Positions 26,601-39,021 of a stretch of 64,000 nucleotides of DNA are shown piece by piece. Each line of letters begins with the position of its first letter. The first letter of the stretch is position 1. The notes under the pieces are model-generated. The model saw only the letters and a list, made by a program, of their open reading frames with translations. It searched no databases and was not told where the DNA came from. The stretch is from Isurus oxyrinchus (taxonomy: Eukaryota), in assembly GCA_026770705.1 (NCBI GenBank), contig JANJGN010000021.1:97092001-97156000 (forward strand). Direction: 5' to 3'. The translations under genes were made by a program, and so were the position numbers.

Positions 26601-27485
26601 GTGTAGTTTAGTTTATGTTGAGTGGTAATCCCCATGGCTGAACTTGAAATATTAAGGCTGAAATGTATTTCCCTGTGCCGAGGTTTCAGGCAGTGCTGTG
26701 CAGTGAGGGAGCACCAGGTTCTGAGTGGCCACTGTGTTGCTTTCTCCTGGGTCTTCTGGTGATCATGCGCCTAGACTTAGAGGGCTGTCACTGCCCCAGA
26801 CAATGTCTCGGCAAGTACATGCTGCGTGAGGAATTCTCACACATTGCCCATTTGCTGCAGTGGTTGGTACACTCTTAGTGATAGTGGTGCAGGGAGTGAA
26901 AGCTTACGTGTTGCATGGGACACTGATCAAGTGACCTTTCCGCTGCAAAGGTTGGGCATGTGCTGTCACACTTCAGACTCCTGCCTTGTAGATGATCGAC
27001 AGGCATTGTGAAGTCAGGAAGCGAGCTACCACGGCATCCTCAGCTTATTATCTGTTTTTGTAGCCATTGCAGTTTGCAAGGTTAGCTTAAGTAACGTATG
27101 GATGAGCCCTTAAGACACTGGCATTAGACACTTACTGTTAAGCCAGTGATTTTAGTCATGCCCGAAATTCTAGATCCTTGGTTCCCCCTGCCCGATTGTG
27201 AACAGCATGCTCCCCTACAATTCAATTAAATATGATCAATTAAAACTCGTGGGACCCTAGATGTGCCCGGTTCATGTTATTTCTGACAGATTAATGCTAT
27301 TTCTGACGAGATCTTTGTGACTTAACTAGCAAACCTTTTGAAATTTGCCTCGCGAGGCTCAGTCTCTAAAATGCTCACTATCAGATTCATTTCAAGCTGA
27401 GCTCTACGCATACACTGTAGACATATCTTTAATCTACCGTGACTGTCAGAAAAAATCTTGCAATTACTTCTCTGCAAGTAGCATG

Positions 27486-27504
27486 CTCTCTCTCTCTCTC
27501 TCTC
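27486..27504 (+). repeat. (CT)n microsatellite
   Basis: Direct sequence. Confidence 0.85.
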
Positions 27505-27939
27505 GATCACGCATTCTTCTTCTGTGGTAGTGTCAGATCAGCCTTGTCGAGGAATCTGGTTGATATCAGATGATGTTCCAGAGCTCAATGAATGATAAAA
27601 CTGGACTGATGCCGTCTTCTTTGACCAGTGTATATTGTTCAGTCTCTGCCTTTCTGCCTCTGATTCGCTGATTGAATGAAGTTTTGAAATGAATTGCATT
27701 TCATGTCACGCCTTTCGAGTCGGTGAAGAATCAGCCAGTAATACAGTTTTCAAGCAGCAGTCATCCGTTTCAAAGCGACATATAGCAGCATATCAGAGCA
27801 GTTTCTGTTGGATTCGAACTCCAGTTCTTGTGGGGAATAGTCTGCAGGAACTTTGTTGGAAGAACTTTAAAGCTGCGCGGTTGTGAGGGTGTGCTAGTTG
27901 CCTGAAGCGAGACAGCGGTGTAACCGCGCCGGGATCCGA

Positions 27940-27982
27940 AAGTCATCAGTTCTCTGCATTGTGACTGCAACAACGTGTGTTC
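27940..27982 (+). pseudogene. tRNA-His internal remnant
   Basis: TCTCTGCATTGTGACTGCAACAACGTGTGTTC, at the position equivalent to 45312 in a duplicated block. Confidence 0.5.
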
Positions 27983-28500
27983 ACTTTTACTCGCGGAAGG
28001 GGTTGTTTTGCTCTCTCCGACCTCTACTAAAAGAACACAATTGAAGAACCATTTAGGAAAAAAAAACCTTTGATATGAAGCACATTTCATCGTTCCATAT
28101 CTGGCAATCTCGGTTGTCTGTTTTTTATGTTCCAGAATTCAAACCCGGCACGTCGCCCGGATTTTCCCCTCTTCTGTAATCGCTGATCTCCTTGAATTTC
28201 CTCCTGCCTTGTCACTTTACTGCGGCATTGACTTACCTGACTCTCACTTACACACTGACACCGTTGAGATTTTTTTGTTGGAATTGCACTTCTTGGAGGT
28301 ACATGCACTGTCGAGTTTGCTACATTAGGAAAGCGATATTTAGTTCACCATCTGTCACGTCACCACCTTGTTCTCAGGCGAAAATAATGACCGTTGCGCA
28401 CTGTCAAGTAAGTCCAGTTCTGACGCAGTCACTCAAAGAACTGTGACCCGATTACAACCTGGAAATGTGTATACAAATGAGCAGAGGGGTAGGCAGTGGG

Positions 28501-28595
28501 GCTCTAGTGGTGCAATCGGTTAGCGCGTAGTACTTATATGGCAGTCCAAAGCATTTGAAATCCCGCGGTTGTGAGTTCAAGCCTCACCTACAGCG
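28501..28595 (+). pseudogene. tRNA-Ile-TAT: Intron-containing tRNA-Ile(TAT), probably a pseudogene
   Basis: GCTCTAGTGGTGCAATCGGTTAGCGCGTAGTACT-TAT-A [intron 28539-28559] ATCCCGCGGTTGTGAGTTCAAGCCTCACCTACAGCG, followed by an oligo-T run. Anticodon-stem and acceptor mismatches. Confidence 0.85.
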
Positions 28596-28844
28596 GTTTT
28601 TCTTCAACCTCTAAAAAGTTTTGCTGTTGCGTTATTCGCTTTTTGAGTGTCTGTGGAAAACAGCGAGGAACAGTCTGGAAGCAAAATAAAATTTAACTGA
28701 AAATAAGCATTTTCCATGGATTGAAACGAAACTACCTATCCGGAGTCATGGTTTCAAATATCAGCAAAAATGCAGCAAATGCTCAGGGGATGGAGAAGCT
28801 TCTGTGGAGTGGACCAAATGTGTTGGTGCACCAAAAGTAAAACA

Positions 28845-29390
28845 CGGTGGATACTGGAAATGCAAAATAAGAACAGAAAATGCTGGAATTAAAAACTCAG
28901 TAGACCTGGCAGATTCTGAAACAAAAGCAGAAAATGCCGGAAAAACTCAGCAGGTCTGACGGCACCTGCTTAAGAGCAAGACCATATGGCCTCGAAACTT
29001 TAACTTTGTTTCTCTCTCCTCAGATTCTGTCAGACCTGCTGAGGTTTTCCAACATTTTCTGCTTTTGTTTCAGATTTCCAGCATCCACAGTATTTTACAT
29101 TTATCCTGGAAGCATCTGAGTTGAGACGAATAAATTGGATGTTTGAGTCCGTATGGCCCTTGTTCAGAGCGGACGAGAGGTAGAAGTGTAATGGATTTTG
29201 TGCAGTTCCAAGATGGTGGGGGCGGGGGTGCTGGCTAGTTGAGCAAGTAGTGCAAAGTAAAACTTCACGGATTGGATAAGGTTAGGAACGTTTTCGTGAC
29301 AAATATGTCATGAGAAGAAGTCAATGGGAATGGTTATGAGAGTGTTTAAGTCTAAAGCACGAGTTAATAGAGGAATAATGCAGCAATGTG
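28845..29390. mobile_element. Nested, inverted Penelope-type pLTR tail fragments
   Basis: AACAGAAAATGCTGGAA..CTCAGCAGGTCTG and its reverse complement CAGACCTGCTGAG..CATTTTCTG..TTCCAGCATCCACAGTA. Confidence 0.6.
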
Positions 29391-29399
29391 GTTGACGTT

Positions 29400-29900
29400 T
29401 TAATGCCCTCTGAAATAGCCTAGCAAGCAACTCAGTTGTACCAAACCGCTACAAAAAAGACATCAAACCGAACAGCCCACCCTGCATCAAACTTGGCACC
29501 AGAAACAACAACAGTAAATTCAGGCTTTTTGACACAGCAAAGTCCACCTTACTAACATCTCGGGGCTTGTGCCAACATTGAGAGAGCTGGCCCACAGGCT
29601 CGTCCAACATCAGCCTAAAATAGTCATCCTCACGGAATCATATCTTACAGATAATGCCCCAGATGCACCATCGCCATCACTGGGCATGTCCTGTCCCAGC
29701 GATGGAATAGGGTCAGCAGAGGTGGCAGCACAGTGGTATACTGTCAGGAGAGTAACTTCCCTGGGTAACCTCAACATCTAGGCCCCAACCCCATGAAGTC
29801 GAAGGCATCAGATCAAATATGGTCAAAGGAACCTCCTGCTGATTACCACATACCACCCTCCCACAGCTAATGCATTAGTCATCAACCATGTGGAACAGCA
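29400..29900 (+). mobile_element. LINE 5' part with APE endonuclease start
   Basis: NIWGL-like motif and QHQPKIVILTESYLTDN. Confidence 0.75.
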
Positions 29901-31256
29901 TATTTATCCTCTTTACTCATGCACTCCATGCCACTATTAATAAAGCCTATGATGCTATATGCTTTATTAAAACTACTCTTAACATGCCCTGCCATCTTCA
30001 ATCGCTTATGTATATACACTGATGTCCCTCTGTTCCTGCATCTCCGTTATTTACACACTCTCTCCATATTATTCCTGACAAAATGAATTAAGTCACACTT
30101 TCCTGCGTTGAACTTGATCCGTGAACTGTCTGCCCAATTCAACCACATTTCTATGCCCGTTTAGACTTTAAGACAATCCTCGTCACTGTTGACTACTCTT
30201 TGTACCATCTGCAAGATTTGAAACCCTGTCCTGAACACGACTGTTTAGGTAGTTCATGGAAATCAGGACAAGCATGGGTCCCAACACGGACCTCTTCCGA
30301 TCCCAATTACAAACCTACCTCCAATCTGACAGTCAACCATTTATCAGTTCGTTCTCTTTCCTGTCACTGAGCCAATTTCGTATCAAAGCGCCTGATTTCC
30401 ATTTCATTCCATGAGCTAGGATTTTGCTCGCAAATCTGTTGTATGGCGTTTTATCAATGCCTTCTGAGAGTCCATATACACCATTTCAGCTGTTTTGCCT
30501 TCCTCCCTCTTCTCTGTTACCTCCTCATGAAACTCCAGCAAGTTCGTTGAACAGAATCTCCACTTAATGAATCCGCGCTGGCTTTCCGTTAATATGCTGC
30601 ACTTGTTTAAGAGACTATTGATTTTGTCCCATAAGAATGTTCCCTACCACTGAATTCAAACTGACTGATCTGTAGTTAGCAGCTTTATCCTTTCATCCCT
30701 TTTTGAACAACGGTGTCAAATTCACAATTCTCCGGTCCACTGGCGCCATCCCTGTGCCCAGGAAGAAAGGAAGATTATCGCCAGTACTGCGAAATTTCCA
30801 TTCGCACTTGCCTCAGTGCTTTTGTCTGCATTTCACCCGATGCTCATACCTCAGTAGTTTTAATAAGAGTAGCTTTTCAAATAATTCCTCCTTCTCACTT
30901 CCAAATTCTTCTACTGTACCAATTACCTGCACTTTCACCTAGACCTGGACAGCATCGTCTTCCTTTCGAAAGAGAGTTGTAAAGATCCTGCTAGTTCCTG
31001 TTCGTGCTCCCTCCTTTTTCTTATCAGTTTTTCTTTCTTCCACTCTGGTCCATCAATAATCAGCCTGATTCTAGCTTGTATCTTCCACCTGACATCTGTC
31101 GTATGTGCACTCCTCCTTTTCAACTTGAATTCTATCTCTCTTCACCTCTATCTCCCTCGACATCCAAAGTACTTTGGATTTATTTGGCCTACCTTTCCAT
31201 TTCAAGGGAACATACCCTGACATTTCCTGCAATACGTTTTCATTGAGGATGGCCCA
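29900..31256 (-). mobile_element. CR1 LINE ORF2 continuation
   Basis: KWAILNENVLQEMSGYVPLK continues across the Penelope TSD. RT-region DNA (DSQKA.DK, VLGP, NLADGTK) on the minus strand. Confidence 0.85.
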
Positions 31257-31271
31257 TTTATCAGCCATCGC

Positions 31272-33338
31272 TGACATTTCGAGTCCTTGTGACTCTTCAA
31301 AAGAACTAATAAAAATACCAAAGGGGTGAAATATAAGCTGGTCGAGGGTGGGGGTGGGGGAATGTTGGAACAAGAAGAGCTAGGTAGAGGGCTAGTAATA
31401 GGTGGAGATAACCAAAAGATGTCACAGACAAAAGGACAAAGAGGTGTTGAAGGTGGTGATATTATCTAAAGAAGTGCGCTAATTATGGGTAGAAAGCAGG
31501 AAAAGCAAGGTACTGCAAGCCCTAGTTGGGGTGGGGTGGGGGAAGGAATCAAAAAAGACTAAAAGGTAGAGACGGTTGTAAATACATTTAAAAATAATGG
31601 AAATAGGGGAAAGAAAAATCTATATAAATTATTGGAATAAACAATAAGCTATGGCTGTCTCTTTATGGTGCATGTGGAACATTCCTTGTTCCAGTCCTAC
31701 TCTGCCCCCCTCCCACAACTTTTTCTCCGGTATATCAGTGATTACTTTGTTGCAGCTTCATGCATCAGCACCTGGAAAAATTTATTAAGTTTGCTTCTAA
31801 TTTCCACCTCTTCACATGGTCCAACTCTGACACTTCCCTTCGCTTCCTTGACCTCTCTATCTCAATTTCTGGTGATAGACTGTCCAGCATATCCATTACA
31901 AGCCTAATTACTCCCACAGCTACCTCGACTACAGCTCCTGACACCCCAATTCCTGTAAGGACTCCATCCCATTTTCTCAGTTTCTTCGCCTCCGTCGCAT
32001 CTGTTCTGATGATGTCACTTTCAAAAACAGTTCCTCCGACATGTCCTCCTTCTTCCTTAACTGAGGTTTTCCACCCATGGTGGTTGACAGGGCCCTCATC
32101 AGTGTCCGACCCATCTCCTGCGCATCCACCCTCACACCTTCTCCTCCCTCTGAGAAACATGATAAGGTCCCCCTTGTCCTCACTTATCACCCCACCAGCC
32201 TCCACTTTCAAAGGATCATCCTCCACCACTTCCGCCAACTCCAGCATGATGCCACCACCAAACACATCTTCCCATCACCACCACGTGCCCCCCCCACCCA
32301 ACCCCCCGGCGGCATTCTGTAGGAATCGTTCCCTCCGTGACACCCTGGTCCACTCCTCCATCACCCTCTACACCCTCAGCCCCCTCCCATGGCACCTTCC
32401 CATGCAACTGCTGAAGGTGCAACACCTAACCCTTCACTTACCCTCTCCTCACCGTCCAAGGGCCCACAGATTCACATCAAGTAAAGCAGCATTTCACTTG
32501 CACGTCCCTCAACTCAGTGTACTGCATTCGTGGCTCCTAACGTGGTTTCCTCTACATTGGAGAGACCAAATACAGACTGGGTGACCGCTTTGCAGAACAC
32601 CTTTGGTCTGTCCGCAAGCATTACCCAGACCTCCCTGTCACTTGCCATTTCAACACTCCAGCCTGCTTTCATGCTCACATGTCCATCGTTGGCTTGCTGC
32701 ATTGATCCAGTGAAGTTCAACGCAAACTGGAGGAACAGCACCTCATCTTCCGACTAGGCACTTTACAGCCTGCTGGACTGAATACTGAGTTCAACAACTT
32801 TAGATCATGAACTCTCTCCTCCATCCCCACCCCCTTTCCAATTTCCCCCTAAATTTTGGTCTTTTCCAACAGTTTAATTAGATTTTTTCTTTTCTCACCT
32901 ATTTCCATGTATTTCCATCCATTGTTTTAGTTCTACCTTTTAGCCTTTTTTGATTCCTTCCCCCCCACCACACCCCCACTAGGGCTATCCGTACCTTGCT
33001 TGACCTGCTTTCTACCCTTAATTAGCACATTGCTTTAGATGATATCACCAGCTTCAACACCTCTTTGTCCTTTTGTCTGTGACATCATTTTGTTATCTCC
33101 ACCTCTCACTGGCCCTCTACCTAGCTCTTCTTGTCCCAACCCCCCCTCCCCACACCCCCCCCCAAACCAGCTTATATTTAACCCCTTCTCTATTTTTAAT
33201 TAATTCTGTTGAAGAGTCATGCGGACTCGAAACGTCAGCTGTGCTCCTCTCCACCTATGCTGCCAGACCAGCTGATTTTTTCCAGGGTTTTTGACTTTTG
33301 TTTTTGTTTGGGATTTCCAGCATCCACAGTTCTATGCT
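31272..33338 (+). mobile_element. Penelope-like retroelement (5'-truncated RT and GIY-YIG, frameshifted) with inverted 5' pLTR
   Basis: RT motif FLDLSISISGDRLS. GIY-YIG-like VYCIR..LYIGETK.RLGDRFAEH at ~32518-32600. 31272-31650 is an inverted copy of ~32840-33237. TSD TTTATCAGCCATCGC at 31257-31271 and 33339-33353. Confidence 0.92.
33201..33240 (+). ncRNA. Minimal hammerhead-ribozyme-like motif in the Penelope pLTR
   Basis: CTGTTGA-A-GAGTC-ATGCG-GACTC-GAAAC-GTC: a variant CUGANGA core, a 5-bp stem II, GAAA and a GUC triplet. Confidence 0.55.
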
Positions 33339-33353
33339 TTTATCAGCCATCGC

Positions 33354-35270
33354 CTTTTGTTCCAGGGTTTGATTCACTCCACTCAGATACATAAACATCC
33401 CATCAAAGCTGGTTTTCCCACAATTAATTATCCCACTCTGGACTGTTCCTTGTCCATTTGATTGGCCACGCTGAAACTTATTTCACAATGACCACTGCCG
33501 CCGAAATGCTCTACCACTGAATTTTTATCTACTTTGCCAATTCATTCCCCAGCACCATGGCCAAAAGTGCTTGTCCTTTATGCGCATTCTAAACATGCTG
33601 CTACGGAATTTTATCTTGAACACATTCCAGGGACTTTCAACCCTCTTTTATTTTGCACTATTTCTATGCCTGTCCACATTTGGATAATTAAAGTCCCCCA
33701 TTACAATTACTCTATTATTCTTCCACCACTAGGTATTTTATTTGCAAACCGACTTCACGACACACCTTCCTCCATTTGTGGGTTTATATATAACACAGAT
33801 CAACGTTATTGCAGCTATTTCTTTCCTTGCCTCTAGCCAAAGGTTCTGCCCCTGAAGCCTCTCAAGCGACCTCTCCCGCCAGTACGGTAATGCCTTTAAA
33901 CAGTACTGCCACTCGTCACCAACAACCGTCCTTTCTTCCATTACTGTCTCGCCGAAAACCCTTGAATCACGGAATAATTAACGTCCAGTCCTGGCCCCAG
34001 TTTATCCAAGTTATTTTTGTATCAATAATATCATAATTCCATTTGTCAACCTGATCATGTGGTTCACCAATTTATTAACCGCACTCTGTGCATTCACATA
34101 CATGATTTAGGCCTTTTACTTCCCCCCTTACTCTGACATATTCAGATACCTTGTTATTGCTTGCTCTGATTCTAAAAAGAAACTCTCCTAGCATTCTATA
34201 TGCCTTGATACTGCTCTCTGGTATATGCTCATTATCAGTTAATAATTTTCTACTTCCCACTTCCAGTTAATTTTCACTCTGAATTTCCCATCAGGTTCCA
34301 ATTCCCGTGCCAATCTTGTTTAAAGCACTAGCAAACCTTTCCACAAAGAATTTCATCCCAGTCCCTGTGTAAACCATTCTTCTTGTGCAGGTCCTATCTG
34401 CCTCAGAACCTGTCCCAAGACCGCAGGAAGTTAAATCCTGCCCTCCCACACCATTTCTCCAGCCTCGTTTTGAACTACACAACCTTCCTATTCTTCTGCT
34501 TACTAGCACATGGCTTTGGTAGTCATCCTAAGACCACCCCTCTTGAGGTCCTACTGTTCAATTCTGTTCCTAACTCCCTAAAACCTGCTCTGAGGCGCTC
34601 ATAACTTTTCCTACCTATGTCATTGGTCCGAATGTGGACCACGACTTATGGTGTTTTCCAGACGCTCTGTGACATTTTTATATCTGGTACCAATGCGACA
34701 ACATAGCATCCTGGAGTCTTGTCTACGGCAGCATGAACATCCGTCCTGTCTCCCAACTATAGAATTCCCTACCACCATAGGAGCTACATTCATCCACCCC
34801 CCACCCCCCTCTTCAACTGAGCCACCAGTGAAGAAATAAATTTAGCTCATGCTACAGCCCTCTGAGACATCATCTCGCTCATCAGTATTCAAAATAGACA
34901 AGTGGTTCAAGAGCGAGATAACCTCAGGGGATTCCTATGGTACCGGCTTATTCCTCTTAAATATTCTGGCGGTCATGCCTTCCTTCTCTTCCTGTGTGCC
35001 TTTTTAGTTGCGGTGTAATCACTTTTCCAAATTTTCTTTGCTCATAATACGCTTCCTTGCGGACGTACCACAGGGGATCCAGGCGTGCTTGTGTCCTGCA
35101 AGCAGGAGCTCAATTTCTCCAGATGATGACACTTCATGCAAAATAGTCATCGAGGGCACTTTTTTCCTGCACGATTCCCTATGTCCGACAGGAAGCACAT
35201 TCCACATGGTCGAGCTGCACTGATTATCTTTAAACTTTATGTACATTGATTGCCAGTTTGGTATCATAAT
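33354..35270 (-). mobile_element. CR1 LINE 5' part (same family as 15790-19355), split by the Penelope insertion
   Basis: MGSRKLLTDNEHIPESSIKAYRM is homologous to the 16829 ORF. Also WLEARKEIAAITLICVIYKP (APE). Confidence 0.85.
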
Positions 35271-37095
35271 GACTCACCTAGCACTCACCAATCATGTCCT
35301 CTCTTCCAAGTCGGGAGACACCGATAATTACCAATCAGCTATGCCTGTAAACTTCAGGCTCTCTCTCTTCGCTGCTTTATGGGCTCTGACGAGATTCAAT
35401 CAGCTTCTTCCCCATAGCAGCATAATAGCGAGGTTCTGCAGGCTGAGGTGAAGTAGAAAAAGAAGGGAGAGCCTCATTCCCCTCTTCAACGAACGCCCTA
35501 ACAAAACAAATTGCAACTTAATCACTCTAGTGCGGAAATGCGTCACTCCAGTGCTGAAAAACAGCAAATGCTCCCTGATTCAAGATCCTGAAAAACAGTT
35601 TAAGCCAGTTATCCAACTATCTAGCTGCAGCTCAGAGGAGAAGCGGGAAATCTTTGTTTTAAAGCTGGAAAAAAGCTCCACTTCTCCGAACCCAAAGCGG
35701 AACTTTTAGTTAATCGCTAAATTGAAGGAAAGACAAGGCTTCATAGTGAAATTAACCTTTAAATTAATTAATTCATCAGATTAACTCTTACACCTCCCAC
35801 ACTCACCAAACATCAACTTAAGCAATCTAATGCACGTAAAGCAGTGCTCGAGGGCAGACGAAATTGGATTACTTCTGCGTCTAACTGGAGATTGAGTGGT
35901 GAACTTAGCAAAGTGTTTAAAATGCTAAAGGGGCTCCACATTTTCGATTCAAAAATTCATTCGTCAGGTGAATCTATAACTGGTAGCAGACGTACGCAGT
36001 CTTTTCAGCAGATTCTGACTTAATTGTTCTGCTTTCACTATTTGGAGCATTCCTGACAGCACCAACTTGGCTCAGGACCATTTATATTTTGTTGAGTTCT
36101 TCTCACACGCAAGATTCCACTTCACGTTCCTGCATGCACTCTCAAAACTGCTGCCTCCAAAGCACGGCCATGCACCTTCTGCATCATGCACCTTCGGCAT
36201 TGAAAAGGCATTTCCTTTCCCACCAACTTGTTTCAAATGGCTCACCTTTTATCCATAGTCGTCTTCTCATTTGTGCTGTATTCGTTTCAATCATAAATTC
36301 GTACAAATAAGTTGAATTTGCAACATTTTCGACCTTTCTCTCTTCCCTATCATCAGCTCTTCGCTCACATGCCTGAACTGCCAATTGCTTAGAGAATAAC
36401 TGCAACTATTATGCAAACATAATCCATTCCTCAGGTTGTACTGAAATAAAAATAAAATACGCCGGATTCTGGAAATAAGAAATGAAAACCGAAAGTGCTT
36501 GGAAAACTTCGACTGGAAACTTTAACTCTGTTTCTCTCTCCACAGATGCAGCCAGAGCAACTACGTTTTTTTTTTCTGGGCACTTTCTGTGTTTTCTTCA
36601 GATGTAGATTGTATCACTACATTGCCAAAAGAAATCTCGTGAACAACCGGGTCGCGGTTTATTCCATTTCCAAGCCTTCTCTTGCGGTACTTTAATGTGC
36701 AGAGTAACACAGATCTAAACGTATCCATTGCTTTCGAAGTACAAATGTATAATGACACAGCCAATGGTAAAGGTCTAGTTGTTCAAATCCCAGAAGGAAA
36801 CTTGGAACGTATGTCATAGCCTATATTTTTGCAATTTGTGTGTATCGAGGTGCAGACTTTGAATTCAGTAGTGATAAAATCCCGAGATCTCAAAAAGTTT
36901 TTCTATAAAATTAAATTAAACACGTGCTAATAGAAGAAGATCCCAAACTCATATATCTGTCTACAAGATTACAACTATAACTATTTTAAAAAAAACCTTA
37001 ATTGATCTGGCTCCAGCTGCACCCCCGTTAAGCAACAATAAAAATCATAAATTTAACAGACTTCCGGCCAAACATACCCTGAACACTCACATTCA

Positions 37096-37425
37096 TTTTT
37101 TTTTCTTTTTATTCGTTCATGGAATGTAGACCTCGTTGGCTAGGCCAGCATTTGTTGCTCATCCCTAATTGTCTTTGTTTAGAAAGCTATTAAGAATCAG
37201 CTGCATTGATGTGGGTCTGGAATCACATGTAGACAGACAAGTTAAGTACAGTAGGTTTCCTTCCCTGAAGGACATTAGTGAACCAGATAACTGGCAATGG
37301 TTATATGGTCGTCATCAGACTTTTACTTCCAGATTTTTATTGATTCAAATTTCACCATATGCCTTGGTGGCGTTCGAACTCAGGAATACCAGTTCAGTGG
37401 CAATACCAGCACGCCACTGGCTCCC
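37096..37425 (-). mobile_element. tRNA-derived SINE sharing its 3' tail with the CR1-clade LINE
   Basis: The reverse complement has a B box (GAGTTCGAAC), the same body as 3688-3905 and the tail AAATGCTGGCCTAGCC..CCATGAACGAATAAAAAA. Confidence 0.75.
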
Positions 37426-38320
37426 CAACAAGGACTCTTTGCGGATTTGAAACAGTTGCATATTTATCTATTAATGACTCTAAAACAGAATCATATCGCT
37501 ATACCAACGATCCATCGCCATTTCTTTGAACTCTGGGTCCTTGTATACAGACTTGGAGCTTACACTGGAGGCATCTCACACTTGTTGAGTCTTAAAATGC
37601 CTCTCCCTTTAAAACAGTTTATTTTCTCTTTTATACACTTCTTATTCTTTGAATGTAAATTTCCAATTGTATCTCTAGGCTTTTAAATTTAACGTTTCTA
37701 ATAATGACATCTTTTCATCCCACCAATTGGTGTCTACTAGCTACGTATAAGATTTCACCCGCAGCCTTCAATGGTTAATTTTAACAAATTCAAGCTTACA
37801 CTTTACCTTCTACCCAGCTTGCATTTATCTAATGATATCTTAGAACCACTAAACATCAAAGCACCGAGTCCAGCTGGTTTTAATCCAGTTAAGGCACACA
37901 CAGGCACACACATAGACACAAATCCCACTAGGACTCTATTTAGAAAAATAATTTCCAATAATACTATAGACATTATTATTTCTTTATGTCATATGTACCA
38001 TTGGTGTCAATCGGGCATGTGCCTGCAGAAGTAGCGATGGAAAGAACGCAACCTCAACGTCGTAGTTGTGCAAGCAAATGTTAGATGAGGCAATGGTGCA
38101 GTAAAGTGACAATTAAATGGAAGTAGGTAAGAAAAGGGGATCAGTGATTTCGGAAGGCAGAAAAATCTAGGGGAGAGTCGGGTTTCAGTTCTGGAGTATG
38201 AAACAAAGGCCTGCGAAGGGGATAGATTCTCTTCTGTTTTGTCATTTAAAAATGTACTTACCTAATTAATTTCGGTCTCTTTCCTTCTAGCAGTAGTCAG
38301 TGAAAGCGTATCAACCTCAA

Positions 38321-38368
38321 ATAATGACTTGGAATTGAATTGAGCGTGCTGCAGCCACAACGTAAATT
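38321..38368 (-). pseudogene. tRNA-His 3' remnant in an inverted unit copy (~37990-39330)
   Basis: Reverse complement TTTACGTTGTGGCTGCAGCACGCTCAATTCAATTCCAAGTCA. The flanks match unit spacer sequence. Confidence 0.65.
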
Positions 38369-38982
38369 CCGCACCAGAGCGTTCAATATGCGTGGCTGCT
38401 CAATATGCTATTGAGCTGTAGCTCAACCTCGAGGCGCGCAGCTTTAAAGCAGCGTTCTCAATCGCTCGGCCAGGTAATCACAGGAGTACAAGTTGAGCTT
38501 CCAAACTGGCGACTGCTGACTAGACATCCGAAGGAATTATGAATTGTTCTGATGAAAGGTCATTTCCCTCCCTCTACAGATACTTCTAGTCTTGCTCAGT
38601 ATTTCCAGCATTTTTTGTTTTTATTATGTATTACACAAAGAGCTCAATTCCTCTGATTGCACACCGACTCCATGGCTTTGCATTGAATGGAAGGAATAAA
38701 GCCCTCTTCAAAATATTTGGGGTTGTCACGCAATGAAGTGTGCATTTAACAGAAACTTATTTTCTTCATATGGCTGTTCAAAGGCTATCGGTCCAAATCA
38801 GAGTTGGAATTTGCCACAGAGCATCCACTGATGTACCCCAGCATCACAGGCACAAAAGCAAAATACTGCAGCTGCTGAAAACCTGATTTTTTTTTAAATA
38901 ACATATTAGTGGCATAGAAGGCCTAGCTGGAATTTTGGAAAGAGAAACAGATTTAATCTATCGAGCATATGACATTCCCTGA

Positions 38983-39021
38983 GAACCGAGCCACAATGCA
39001 AAGCATTGATACGATCACAGC
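38983..39021 (-). pseudogene. Truncated tRNA-His head fused to a Penelope-type tail
   Basis: Reverse complement GCTGTGATCGTAT..GCTTTGCATTGTGGC..TCGGTTC|TCAGGGAATGTCAT. Confidence 0.65.

Noticed and set aside
31760-32584. 274-aa ORF as a host gene
   Set aside because: It is an off-frame read-through of a frameshifted Penelope RT. Only the N-terminal part is in the RT frame.
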